A stretch of DNA of 34,272 nucleotides. It comes from Candidatus Heimdallarchaeota archaeon (GTDB taxonomy: Archaea > Asgardarchaeota > Heimdallarchaeia > Heimdallarchaeales > Kariarchaeaceae). The DNA lies in the NCBI GenBank assembly GCA_015523565.1, contig WAKA01000037.1, positions 1 through 34,272 on the forward strand, read 5' to 3'. Under the pieces are notes generated by a model, which was not told the origin of the DNA, did no database searches, and was given only the letters and a program-made list of their open reading frames with translations. Both the position numbers and the translations under genes were made by a program. Positions 9,248 to 17,601 of this stretch are shown here, one piece after another. Position 1 is the stretch's first letter. The number at the start of each line of letters is the position of its first letter.

Positions 9248-10150
9248 TTAAATAAGCGCTTGCCTACATTTTTTGCATAATTCCGTATTTTCTGGGTTTG
9301 CTTCACCACAATTTGTACAATACCATGAATCAGATCCTTTGACATGATAGTGATGCTTGTTTTTTGAATGAATGACTGGTGTATTGTCATATTTTGTTTT
9401 TGTCAATCTAACACCTACCACAAGACCAAAATAACCAAAAAATAGATAAGCAATCAATTTTTGGTATGTCTGTATTGGAAATGCGTTTAAAACAGGAATG
9501 TTGGAGGTTTTTACTAGTTTAAATCCATCCAGAAGGTTGATGATTGTAAAAAGGGCTAATAAAAAGAGAAGGACGTAATCCACCCAAATTAATTTTGTTT
9601 TCTTGTATGGCAAATCTCTTGCAAAAATAAGCATGATATACCATAAAATGCAGACAATGGTAATCAATATATAAAGCAATGCAACCCAAAATCCATGTTC
9701 TTGCCAAAAATACTGTACTGGAAAACTCAAATCAAATATCCCCACTCCGATCAACATAGGTCCAGTCAAAACACCACCGACAATGGCAATCCAAAGAACT
9801 ATCGTGGAAAACAAACTTTCATTTCTCATCTGCCGAAATGAAAAAGTGAAAAATGGAATCATCAGTATCCCTGATAAAACCAAAGTAAAATTAAAAATGT
9901 CGGGATGCGGTGGGGCATATCTTTTTTCTGTAGTTCCATCGGAGAATACTTCAATGTAGTCTCTTCTTACACCCAATTCAGAAAAGAATTGCTTAAAAAA
10001 GTCATATTTCCCATTTGGTGTTTCATAAAGGAGAATTGCAAGAAACGTCCCAAACAAGAATATCACCCCTGCAAGGAGAATGCTGGCAGGTGGGATGTAA
10101 TCCAAAAACTGTCTGTCCTCCTCCTTAATGACATATTTTCTTTGTTGCAT
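9248..10150 (-). CDS. DUF998-like membrane protein with C-terminal RanBP2/NZF-type zinc finger
   Basis: About 6 TM segments. Y.F..QFFSELG...IFN..L.L.G and GVGIF...H resemble DUF998. C-terminal WYCTNCGEANPENTELCKKC. Confidence 0.75.
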   Translation of the reverse strand: MQQRKYVIKEEDRQFLDYIPPASILLAGVIFLFGTFLAILLYETPNGKYDFFKQFFSELGVRRDYIEVFSDGTTEKRYAPPHPDIFNFTLVLSGILMIPFFTFSFRQMRNESLFSTIVLWIAIVGGVLTGPMLIGVGIFDLSFPVQYFWQEHGFWVALLYILITIVCILWYIMLIFARDLPYKKTKLIWVDYVLLFLLALFTIINLLDGFKLVKTSNIPVLNAFPIQTYQKLIAYLFFGYFGLVVGVRLTKTKYDNTPVIHSKNKHHYHVKGSDSWYCTNCGEANPENTELCKKCRQALI

Positions 10151-10324
10151 GATTTTGAAACAAATCAGATAAATATAATATCTTCACGGATGAAAAATGG
10201 AAAATAGGCATTCAATTTTTACTTTATTGTGTTCCTGACAAATGGGAACATTTAATATCAATGCCAATGCAAAAAGATTAGAGAAAGCTTATTTCGAGCG
10301 TCTTTAAGTAATTTATCAATCTAA

Positions 10325-13099
10325 TTGGAGAGGATATGTATTTCTCAAAATCAAGCTTATGATCTATTAACCACTAAATATCTTCCGAACCCTTCCGATG
10401 GGGAATTGCAGATGATTTCCGACCTCTTTAAGGACTGGCTAAGATCGAAGAATGAAGGGCTTTTGGTTCATATGTTTCAGATTATCGATAGCCATGAATC
10501 TCAAGAGGTTAGGAATCTTGCATTGGATCATATTCAACGATTTTTACCCTCTCAAAAAAGGGAATTGGTCTTAAATCTCTGGATAACACACCCCCTGCCG
10601 TCCTTGAAAGACTTCATCAAGCAACTTGTCGATACCTATCGTGACAAAATCAAAAAGCCATTGCTTTCTGCATTGTTTGTCATGTTAGATGAGCTTATCA
10701 AACTAGAGGAAATGGATCCAGATCTCATATATCTTGATACTTATCTGGAAGACATGGATCCCTCATTGGGAAGCCTTTTGTTTGAAAGGGCTGGCAAGCT
10801 CAAGAAAAAACTCTTCGCAACTCGTCCTCCCCAGATTTTTAGCGACGAAAATGTATCCATTGCAGATCTTCTCAGCAAAAAAGATTATGATACACTTTGG
10901 CAATCCGTTTTGAATTACCCATTCCCTTTTATCTGTGAAATGATCAAGACCCTTGAAGAAGAGGGATGGACTCCTGATGACTTGGAGATCCGGCGTTTCA
11001 AAGACATTCTTGCTGAATATCTTGGAAATGAAGGGTGGAAACCAATTGAACATGTGCTTGATTTGACATTGTCCATTCGTGATCCAAAAACACAAAGTTT
11101 CCGAAAATTGACGCAAACAGAAACCCGGATGAAACTGATTGACATCAAAATCTCCCCAATTATCTTCACTCGTCCAGATAGAATCCCAAAAATGCCGTTT
11201 GTCAATAGGGGAAGATTCAATCTTGTAGATAATGCCTTGGGGATTTCTATCTATCAGGAAAGGGTAAGATACTCTTCTTTTACTGGAAAACTTCATATTC
11301 CAATTTATTCTTCGAATGGTGTTCAAATTGCAGAGATTGTTGCGTTTGCCTCTCAGACATCTTCTTTCCACATGGACGAAGATGGTCTATATTTTTCTAT
11401 TAAGACAAAGGGTGGAACTTATTCTGTAGACCTTGATGCTCTTGCTTCATTTCTTCTCCCGTTTAATCAACATACTGAACTCATTGCCGCGGCTATTCCC
11501 GTCATGCTTTCCGATGCTACTGGACGAAAAAGATTGATCATCGAAGCTATGAAGCTCCTTTCAGACCTGCAGCAAGGTCGATCTTTCTCAATTTTTGACC
11601 TTAAGGAAGAAGTTCCAATTGTAAATCACACAAAAAATTCATGTTGCTCTCTTGCTTTCGATTTCGGCAACTATTTCACAAAAGTGGGCGTCATTCCTTC
11701 AACATGCAACCATCGACCTGTATTCTTTGAGTTCCCTTCCGCAATCTATTATTTGACTCCTTCCCAAAAATTTGTTGGAGACATTCTCTACCAAAAAGAA
11801 ATTGAGGGAGAACCAGTTGATCCAACTTTAATCTTTACAGATATACAATACGGATTGGCACACGGGACTACCCATACAATCCGGGTACAAAATCTCACAA
11901 TTGATGTCCAGACAGCTACAAGTAATTTCATTGAGGAGGTCATCAAAATTGTCATGCAAGAAATTGATTATCCAATATCTACAGTGGTGTTTTCACATCA
12001 AAGTAACGTTCCTCTCAAATATCTGGTTTGGATGAAACAACAATTCCACAATCTTGGCTTTGAAACAGTAACTGGTCTGAATTCTGCCCTGTCCCATATT
12101 TTGGCAGATTATCGGCTGAAAAAGACAAAAGGTGTATACTTGTATGTCAATGTCAATGAAAATGGAACTGAATTAACGCTGGTGGAACTTCCTCCACAAA
12201 AAACAAAGAAAAGAAAGGAAACTGAATTGCTAAAGGTAAACCAGCCTGCTCCGAAAATTGTAGTTCAAAGATATGTACCTTATGGACTGCCCCAGCTTTT
12301 AGAGAAACTGAAGAAATTCGTTCCTGACAATGTTCCCGATCTTGATAAAAACAGAATGGTTGTCAATGGTGTTCAAGAGTTGTTTACTCAATTTGAAAGT
12401 CATATATTTCCAAACCCCATATTTATTGATTCCAATAATGATTGTGAATATTGCATTGACACATCTCTTTTCTTTGACTTTGAAAAGCTTAGTTTTGTTC
12501 TGAGAGATATTTTTTACCATGGGCTTGATCAAGGAATCCCCAAATCTAAAATCTCTGGTATCATCTTTTCAGGTCTTGGAAAAATGTATCCTGATTTGGC
12601 CCGTTTTATATTCAACTATTTTGACAAACAATTTCCAATTGTTGTTCTCGATGATCCTGACATTTGTGCCAAAGGTCTTGGGATCTTTGGAAATGGCCAG
12701 CAGATAGAGGCTCCACTCGGCTATGAAATCATGCTTAGAACTAGTGATGAAGGACTCATGACGTTTCAGACATTGTTTCAAGAAGGTGAAAAAATTACAG
12801 GGATGTCCAAGAAGTTCCAGATCAACATGGAGACAAAACTTGACACCATAGCACTTGACGTATGGACGAAACGCAGCAATTACGAAAAGGCCATTGAAAA
12901 AGAAGAACACGAGCATTCCAATATAGAAGATCAATACATTTTTGATAAATTGACCCCATTTCCAAGATTATTGCCGATTTCAAAGTGGAAAAATCCCATT
13001 ATTTTTGCAGGTATTGACAAATTTGGCAGGTTTGGTCTCTCCATTCACGAAAAGGATACTGATGAAATTGTGTTGGATTATATCTCCCCCATGCTTTAA
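10325..13099 (+). CDS. Large multidomain protein: helical/beta N-terminal region plus degenerate Hsp70/actin-like ATPase-fold domain
   Basis: LAFDFGNYFTKVG (phosphate-1), FPSAIYY, IIFSGLGKMYP (adenosine motif) and DPDICAKGLGI (connect-2) occur in Hsp70 order. Start is uncertain (TTG 10325). Confidence 0.75.
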   Translation: MERICISQNQAYDLLTTKYLPNPSDGELQMISDLFKDWLRSKNEGLLVHMFQIIDSHESQEVRNLALDHIQRFLPSQKRELVLNLWITHPLPSLKDFIKQLVDTYRDKIKKPLLSALFVMLDELIKLEEMDPDLIYLDTYLEDMDPSLGSLLFERAGKLKKKLFATRPPQIFSDENVSIADLLSKKDYDTLWQSVLNYPFPFICEMIKTLEEEGWTPDDLEIRRFKDILAEYLGNEGWKPIEHVLDLTLSIRDPKTQSFRKLTQTETRMKLIDIKISPIIFTRPDRIPKMPFVNRGRFNLVDNALGISIYQERVRYSSFTGKLHIPIYSSNGVQIAEIVAFASQTSSFHMDEDGLYFSIKTKGGTYSVDLDALASFLLPFNQHTELIAAAIPVMLSDATGRKRLIIEAMKLLSDLQQGRSFSIFDLKEEVPIVNHTKNSCCSLAFDFGNYFTKVGVIPSTCNHRPVFFEFPSAIYYLTPSQKFVGDILYQKEIEGEPVDPTLIFTDIQYGLAHGTTHTIRVQNLTIDVQTATSNFIEEVIKIVMQEIDYPISTVVFSHQSNVPLKYLVWMKQQFHNLGFETVTGLNSALSHILADYRLKKTKGVYLYVNVNENGTELTLVELPPQKTKKRKETELLKVNQPAPKIVVQRYVPYGLPQLLEKLKKFVPDNVPDLDKNRMVVNGVQELFTQFESHIFPNPIFIDSNNDCEYCIDTSLFFDFEKLSFVLRDIFYHGLDQGIPKSKISGIIFSGLGKMYPDLARFIFNYFDKQFPIVVLDDPDICAKGLGIFGNGQQIEAPLGYEIMLRTSDEGLMTFQTLFQEGEKITGMSKKFQINMETKLDTIALDVWTKRSNYEKAIEKEEHEHSNIEDQYIFDKLTPFPRLLPISKWKNPIIFAGIDKFGRFGLSIHEKDTDEIVLDYISPML

Positions 13100-13671
13100 C
13101 CATTGTCCCCTTTGTTTATCCTGTCCACAATCTCTTCATACAACCGAATTCCAGCATCTGAAAATATGTATTCTTGAGCTGATTTCAGGAATGATTGTAT
13201 TTCTTCTCGGGGCATTCTGTCAGCATATGCCATTGCCTGTATACACATTTCCAGTTTATCCAATTCTTTCACCTTCCTTGCATCAATGGTCTCTTGCTCT
13301 ATATATTCAAGTACCAGTTCCTTTACTTGTCGGATTGTTGATGTCGGCGTGATTTTTAACAGCAATTGCATTGCTTCTCTTTCTTTTCTGTCCTTTTCTT
13401 CCTTTTTTTTCCTGTCTTTGTGATGGCCTTTCTGCCAAACAATGTCTCCAGTAATGCTTTCTGCAAGGTCATGAACCAATGCCATTTGGATCAACTTGTT
13501 TTTTGCAGGATCGTGTTCATCAATCAACAGAATTGCCAAAAGTGCAACCATAAAACTATGATCTGCAATACTTTCAGCATCTGAAATCCCTACATCCATC
13601 CATCCTGTTCTTTTTATCTCTTTTAACTGATAGTACACCATTAGTCGATCCAATAAACCTGCATTTTTCAT
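13096..13671 (-). CDS. HD-domain 5'-deoxynucleotidase (YfbR/HDDC2-like)
   Basis: LK.IKRTGW, ESIADHSF, ALVHDLAESITGD and DKLE motifs. Confidence 0.92.
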   Translation of the reverse strand: MKNAGLLDRLMVYYQLKEIKRTGWMDVGISDAESIADHSFMVALLAILLIDEHDPAKNKLIQMALVHDLAESITGDIVWQKGHHKDRKKKEEKDRKEREAMQLLLKITPTSTIRQVKELVLEYIEQETIDARKVKELDKLEMCIQAMAYADRMPREEIQSFLKSAQEYIFSDAGIRLYEEIVDRINKGDNG

Positions 13672-13674
13672 GGT

Positions 13675-14085
13675 TTACCCTTCCAAGGATTTTAGGCGAC
13701 TGACTGTGAACTCATCTCTTCGCTCTTTCAGAATTTTGCTTGTTTTCATTTCTTTTAACAAAAGTGGGAAAAGGAGAAAGGAAAGGAGGGTATTGAATAA
13801 TAGATATCCAACGTTTACAGTGCTCAGGTAAAGATTTACCAAAGCAACTGCCACAATGACGATTTCAATGATTAAGGTCGCCTGAATCCCCTGAGAAAGA
13901 AATGATGCAAATTTGACTGTGTCCAAGGACATGTCTTCCTTAATCTGCAAAGGCAGGAATACACCAAGTGAAATAAAGGGGATGAAAAAAATAAGCAACA
14001 ATGGAGACCCAATACTTAATGTCGTTGTGACGGCTAGAATTGCGAATAGAAACCCAATTGATTTAAAAATGACGATATTCAACAT
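13675..14085 (-). CDS. Hypothetical membrane protein (~4 TM)
   Basis: Four hydrophobic stretches and a basic C-tail, ending 3 bp upstream of the HD gene. Confidence 0.75.
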   Translation of the reverse strand: MLNIVIFKSIGFLFAILAVTTTLSIGSPLLLIFFIPFISLGVFLPLQIKEDMSLDTVKFASFLSQGIQATLIIEIVIVAVALVNLYLSTVNVGYLLFNTLLSFLLFPLLLKEMKTSKILKERRDEFTVSRLKSLEG

Positions 14086-14152
14086 AGTTTCTTCAAATTT
14101 CTTAAAATTAAACCCTATGTTTGCTATTCATATGTTTGTCATTAGAGATATG

Positions 14153-14779
14153 CTATTTGTTCGGCACCTTTTTTGAAAAATTTGTTGCTCGTTCTTGCCT
14201 AAATCCATCCCTATACTCATCAAAGCTAATCATCGTAATTGTATTTGCAATGCCTGGAATATTCCTCATCTCTTCAATAATTAAATCGCTTAGCATGTTC
14301 ATGTGGGGAATGGCAATTTCAACTAAGAAATCGTGGGAACCTGTAATGATATTGACCCTTGTGACATACCTTATTCTAGATATCAATTTTGCTACAGTTG
14401 CTTGTCTATATTCGGTTCCCGCTGTTTTTGCATCATAGCCCACTAAAATAAAAGCCCGAAGGGGCAATCCACATTTGTTATAATTTAATTTTGCTGTAAA
14501 CCTGTCAATTATGCCCTTTTCCTTTAATTTCTTAATTCTCTCATGTGCAGTGGCTCTTGCAATACGTGCCTTATTTGCAATGGCTTGTGTACTTTGACGT
14601 GAATCAATCAGTAATTCGCGTAAAATCACTGCATCTGTTTTGTCAATGAGATTCAGTTCCAATAGGTGATCAATTAACCAGTTCGAAGGCTGATGGACTA
14701 AACTTTCATGAGTGTTCCATTCACTCATGGATTTCCTTGATAACTGCAGATTAAATGGTTTTACATCTATAGTTGACAT
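14153..14779 (-). CDS. Lrp/AsnC family transcriptional regulator
   Basis: IDKTD..IL.EL..DSR.S...IA......AT..ERIKKL...GII HTH and RAM domain ITGSHDF. Divergent from an amino-acid lyase. Start uncertain. Confidence 0.93.
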   Translation of the reverse strand: MSTIDVKPFNLQLSRKSMSEWNTHESLVHQPSNWLIDHLLELNLIDKTDAVILRELLIDSRQSTQAIANKARIARATAHERIKKLKEKGIIDRFTAKLNYNKCGLPLRAFILVGYDAKTAGTEYRQATVAKLISRIRYVTRVNIITGSHDFLVEIAIPHMNMLSDLIIEEMRNIPGIANTITMISFDEYRDGFRQERATNFSKKVPNK

Positions 14780-14803
14780 ATTGGTGAACCTTTTTCTTTT
14801 TCC

Positions 14804-14944
14804 CTGACGAAATGTCGGAGGAACACTTGATTTTCATATTTTTGGTTATTTTCTCCCGAACAATTGACCCTTGAATGAAGAAGACATTAAATAACATAAC
14901 CTCTCATATTAAATCGTATTTTGGATAATCCGACGAATTGTTGG
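14804..14944. promoter_or_regulatory. Pair of 15-bp semi-palindromic operator candidates (CYGACGAAWTGTYGG) at 14804-14818 and 14930-14944
   Basis: CTGACGAAATGTCGG and CCGACGAATTGTTGG share 12/15 positions, have an AT-rich core and lie in the Lrp/lyase divergent region. Confidence 0.65.
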
Positions 14945-14984
14945 ATGATTCCAAAAAAAATGTAATAACCGTTGGTTGATTGTT

Positions 14985-16214
14985 ATGGAGAAAGATAAGG
15001 ATTTCTCACAAATGGGTGAACAAACCCTTGCAATTCACGGTGGTCTTGACTGGAAAGATATTTACCCATATCCTGTCAATGCCCCAATTTTCGCATCTTC
15101 GACCTTTGCTTTTCAAAATGTCGATCATGGTGCCCGAATTTTTCAGGGAGAAGAACCAGGTGGGTATACCTATGGACGTCTTGCTAACCCCACTGTACGT
15201 GATGCTGAACAAAGACTTGCAAACTTGGAGCATAGTGAGGATTGTGTATTGCTTGCAAGCGGAATGGCCGCCGTGTCTACCCTGATTTTTACAATTCTTC
15301 AAAAAGGAGACCATCTTGTGGCAGATAATACCTTGTATGGGGGAACCATGAGTCTCTTTACTCACGAATTGGAAAAACACGGTATCGAGGTAACCCTTGT
15401 TGACGCATCCGATCCTGAAAATGTAAGGAAAGCATTGAAAGACAATACAAAACTTATTTATTTCGAAACACCTACAAACCCCACTCTTAGGCTTGTTCCC
15501 ATAAGACCAATCGTTGAAATTGCAAAAGAATGCAATGTCCTGACTGCACTAGACTCAACATTCATGTCACCAATTCTTATGCGTCCAATTGATATGGGTG
15601 TGGATTTTGTGATCCATTCTGCAACAAAATACCTAAATGGTCAATCTGATGTAATTGCAGGTGCAATTTGCGGTCAAAAGGAATGGATAGACCAATGCAG
15701 GATGACTGCTGTCCATCATGGTGGAATATTGGGTCCATTTGAGGCATACTTGCTGTCACGGGGAATGAAAACACTGAAAATCAGAATGGATGCCCACGAA
15801 AGAGGGGCAAGAATTGTCGCAGATTTTCTCGCATCGCATCCACTGGTAGAAAAGGTCTATTACCCTGGCTTGGCATCTCATCCTCAACATGAACTCGCAA
15901 AAGAACAACAGAATGGATTTGGCGCAATGATTGGTTTTGAACTCAAAGGAGACTTGGAAACCGCCAAAAAATTCGTTGACCATCTGAACTTGATCACGCG
16001 TGCTGTTTCATTGGGCGGCGTAGAAAGTCTGTTAACCCATCCTGCCTCAACTACACATTCAATTGTTGATGAAGAGGACAGAAAACGTGCAGGGATTACA
16101 GACACATATATGCGGTTGTCTGTTGGTTTGGAGGACCCTGAAGACATCATCAAGGATATGGAACAAGCATTTGCAGTTATTGAGAAAGACCTCAAAATGG
16201 AGTTAAGCCATTAG
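14985..16214 (+). CDS. Cys/Met metabolism PLP-dependent enzyme (methionine or cystathionine gamma-lyase-like)
   Basis: YGRLANPT, SGMAA, ETPTNP, HSATKYLNG (PLP Lys) and AVSLGGVESL..HPA.TTH. Confidence 0.93.
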   Translation: MEKDKDFSQMGEQTLAIHGGLDWKDIYPYPVNAPIFASSTFAFQNVDHGARIFQGEEPGGYTYGRLANPTVRDAEQRLANLEHSEDCVLLASGMAAVSTLIFTILQKGDHLVADNTLYGGTMSLFTHELEKHGIEVTLVDASDPENVRKALKDNTKLIYFETPTNPTLRLVPIRPIVEIAKECNVLTALDSTFMSPILMRPIDMGVDFVIHSATKYLNGQSDVIAGAICGQKEWIDQCRMTAVHHGGILGPFEAYLLSRGMKTLKIRMDAHERGARIVADFLASHPLVEKVYYPGLASHPQHELAKEQQNGFGAMIGFELKGDLETAKKFVDHLNLITRAVSLGGVESLLTHPASTTHSIVDEEDRKRAGITDTYMRLSVGLEDPEDIIKDMEQAFAVIEKDLKMELSH

Positions 16215-16254
16215 GGGAAAGTAATTAACTTGCCTTTCATATATATGTTCGTAA

Positions 16255-16917
16255 ATGGATGAACAACAATACACTGCTGAAATAGAAGTGTCTCGAAAGT
16301 CATTGTTCTTAGTTCTGAAACCAATCACTGGTGGTCAGGACATCATCCTCCCTTTAGCTGAAGTCAAACCTTCAAGTACCTTGTGCTACCAGTACGACCT
16401 TTGGGAAAATGCCCTCGACAATCTAGACCCTGACGAAATGCCAATAATCAACAAGGCAAAATTAGAAAGCCAAATTCAAACCTTGCTGGATCAAATAACT
16501 GCTCATAGATCAATTCCGTGTGATTGTGATGAAGATATCTCCACCCGATATTTCAGAGGCTTCAAACTAGAGACAAAGAAAGGTCAATATGTTCTATCTA
16601 TTCTTGTCTATTCCAATGAAACCCAAAGTATCCTCACATTTGAAGTCAATACATCTCCAAATAGTATTGAACTACTCAAGTTCTTAATTGAAATAATTGA
16701 ATATGGTACAAAACATGCCCATTATCAAACCTTTGATTTAATTGACTTTTCTGAGATTGTCCATCGAGGCTACGATATTGTTCTTTCTGCTGGAGAAGCT
16801 CTTGAAAACTGGAAATTTGAATTAGGGGTTGATTTGTCAAAAGAGGAAAATTCACTCTATAAAAAAGCGGAAAGATTACTACAGGCGGCCTTAGATTTCC
16901 AAGAGAATAACCTTTAG
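16255..16917 (+). CDS. Hypothetical protein
   Basis: 220-aa ATG ORF, no family recognised. Confidence 0.75.
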   Translation: MDEQQYTAEIEVSRKSLFLVLKPITGGQDIILPLAEVKPSSTLCYQYDLWENALDNLDPDEMPIINKAKLESQIQTLLDQITAHRSIPCDCDEDISTRYFRGFKLETKKGQYVLSILVYSNETQSILTFEVNTSPNSIELLKFLIEIIEYGTKHAHYQTFDLIDFSEIVHRGYDIVLSAGEALENWKFELGVDLSKEENSLYKKAERLLQAALDFQENNL

Positions 16918-17396
16918 TCTTCCTTTGAGAGATAGTAAAAATAGAATGCCCATAATATCATCAAAGCAAGATTCCCCCATCCGATAGCCAATGACATCTC
17001 CTTGTTGAAATTTGAAAGACCTACGTCTGCTTCACTTCCTGAAATGGCTCCTGTTACTGTGACATTTACTATGAAAAATGCCAATAACTCTGTAATGAAC
17101 ATTGGTAAAAATATTTGGGTCCATGAGGGAACTCGATTGAATAAATCCTCACGGTTTGCCAAACCAATTACCAATGCCAAAAATGTAATTTGCAAAAGAA
17201 CAAGGATTACTGCGACTAGTGCCCAATTTGATTTCTCAAGAGGCAATGGTTTGTATAGGAAACCCAATTTTGTTTCAACAGGGTTTTGAACAGCCAAATA
17301 AAAGAGCAAGCCAATGGAAACCAAAGCCAAACTCATTGAAATAACAAATGTTCTCCCCGCTGGATTTTCTACATATCTTTCAGTCAAGCTACTCAT
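16914..17396 (-). CDS. Hypothetical membrane protein (~4 TM)
   Basis: Four hydrophobic segments and a GGAG SD upstream of the ATG. Confidence 0.78.
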   Translation of the reverse strand: MSSLTERYVENPAGRTFVISMSLALVSIGLLFYLAVQNPVETKLGFLYKPLPLEKSNWALVAVILVLLQITFLALVIGLANREDLFNRVPSWTQIFLPMFITELLAFFIVNVTVTGAISGSEADVGLSNFNKEMSLAIGWGNLALMILWAFYFYYLSKED

Positions 17397-17553
17397 AATC
17401 TTATCTCCAACCTCGATAAAGAAAATTCCTTTTTAGGGATATCGGTCGTTACTCCTTTAGCTTAACTCTTGAAAGATAATTTTATGTTTGGCTGTTTCCT
17501 ATCTATCAATCTTTAAATGAGTGAATAAAATAATTAATTAGAAGACAAAAAAT

Positions 17554-17575
17554 AGAGGTCGCATAACTGACCTCT
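17554..17575 (+). promoter_or_regulatory. 7-bp stem-loop in the probable 5' leader of the SBDS-exosome operon
   Basis: AGAGGTC-gcataact-GACCTCT, downstream of TTTAAA (17512-17517) and upstream of the GGTGA SD. Confidence 0.4.
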
Positions 17576-17601
17576 CCATGTCGTTTAATGGTGAAAAGAA
17601 A

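Noticed and set aside
10336-10362. ATG with a GGAGAGG SD-like motif near the start of the 924-aa gene, suggesting a frameshift or uORF
   Set aside because: It yields only 8 codons. The in-frame TTG or a later ATG explains the gene, and there is no further evidence.
10763-11371. Long antisense ORFs (e.g. 10763-11371, 20173-20697, 26325-26876)
   Set aside because: They lie fully opposite longer or well-supported genes and have no recognisable motifs.
11640-13099. Calling the ASKHA domain an actin/MreB homologue or a true dnaK
   Set aside because: Motif spacing and the downstream linker/SBD-like segment fit Hsp70 better than actin. Catalytic residues and dnaJ/grpE context are missing, so it is not canonical DnaK.
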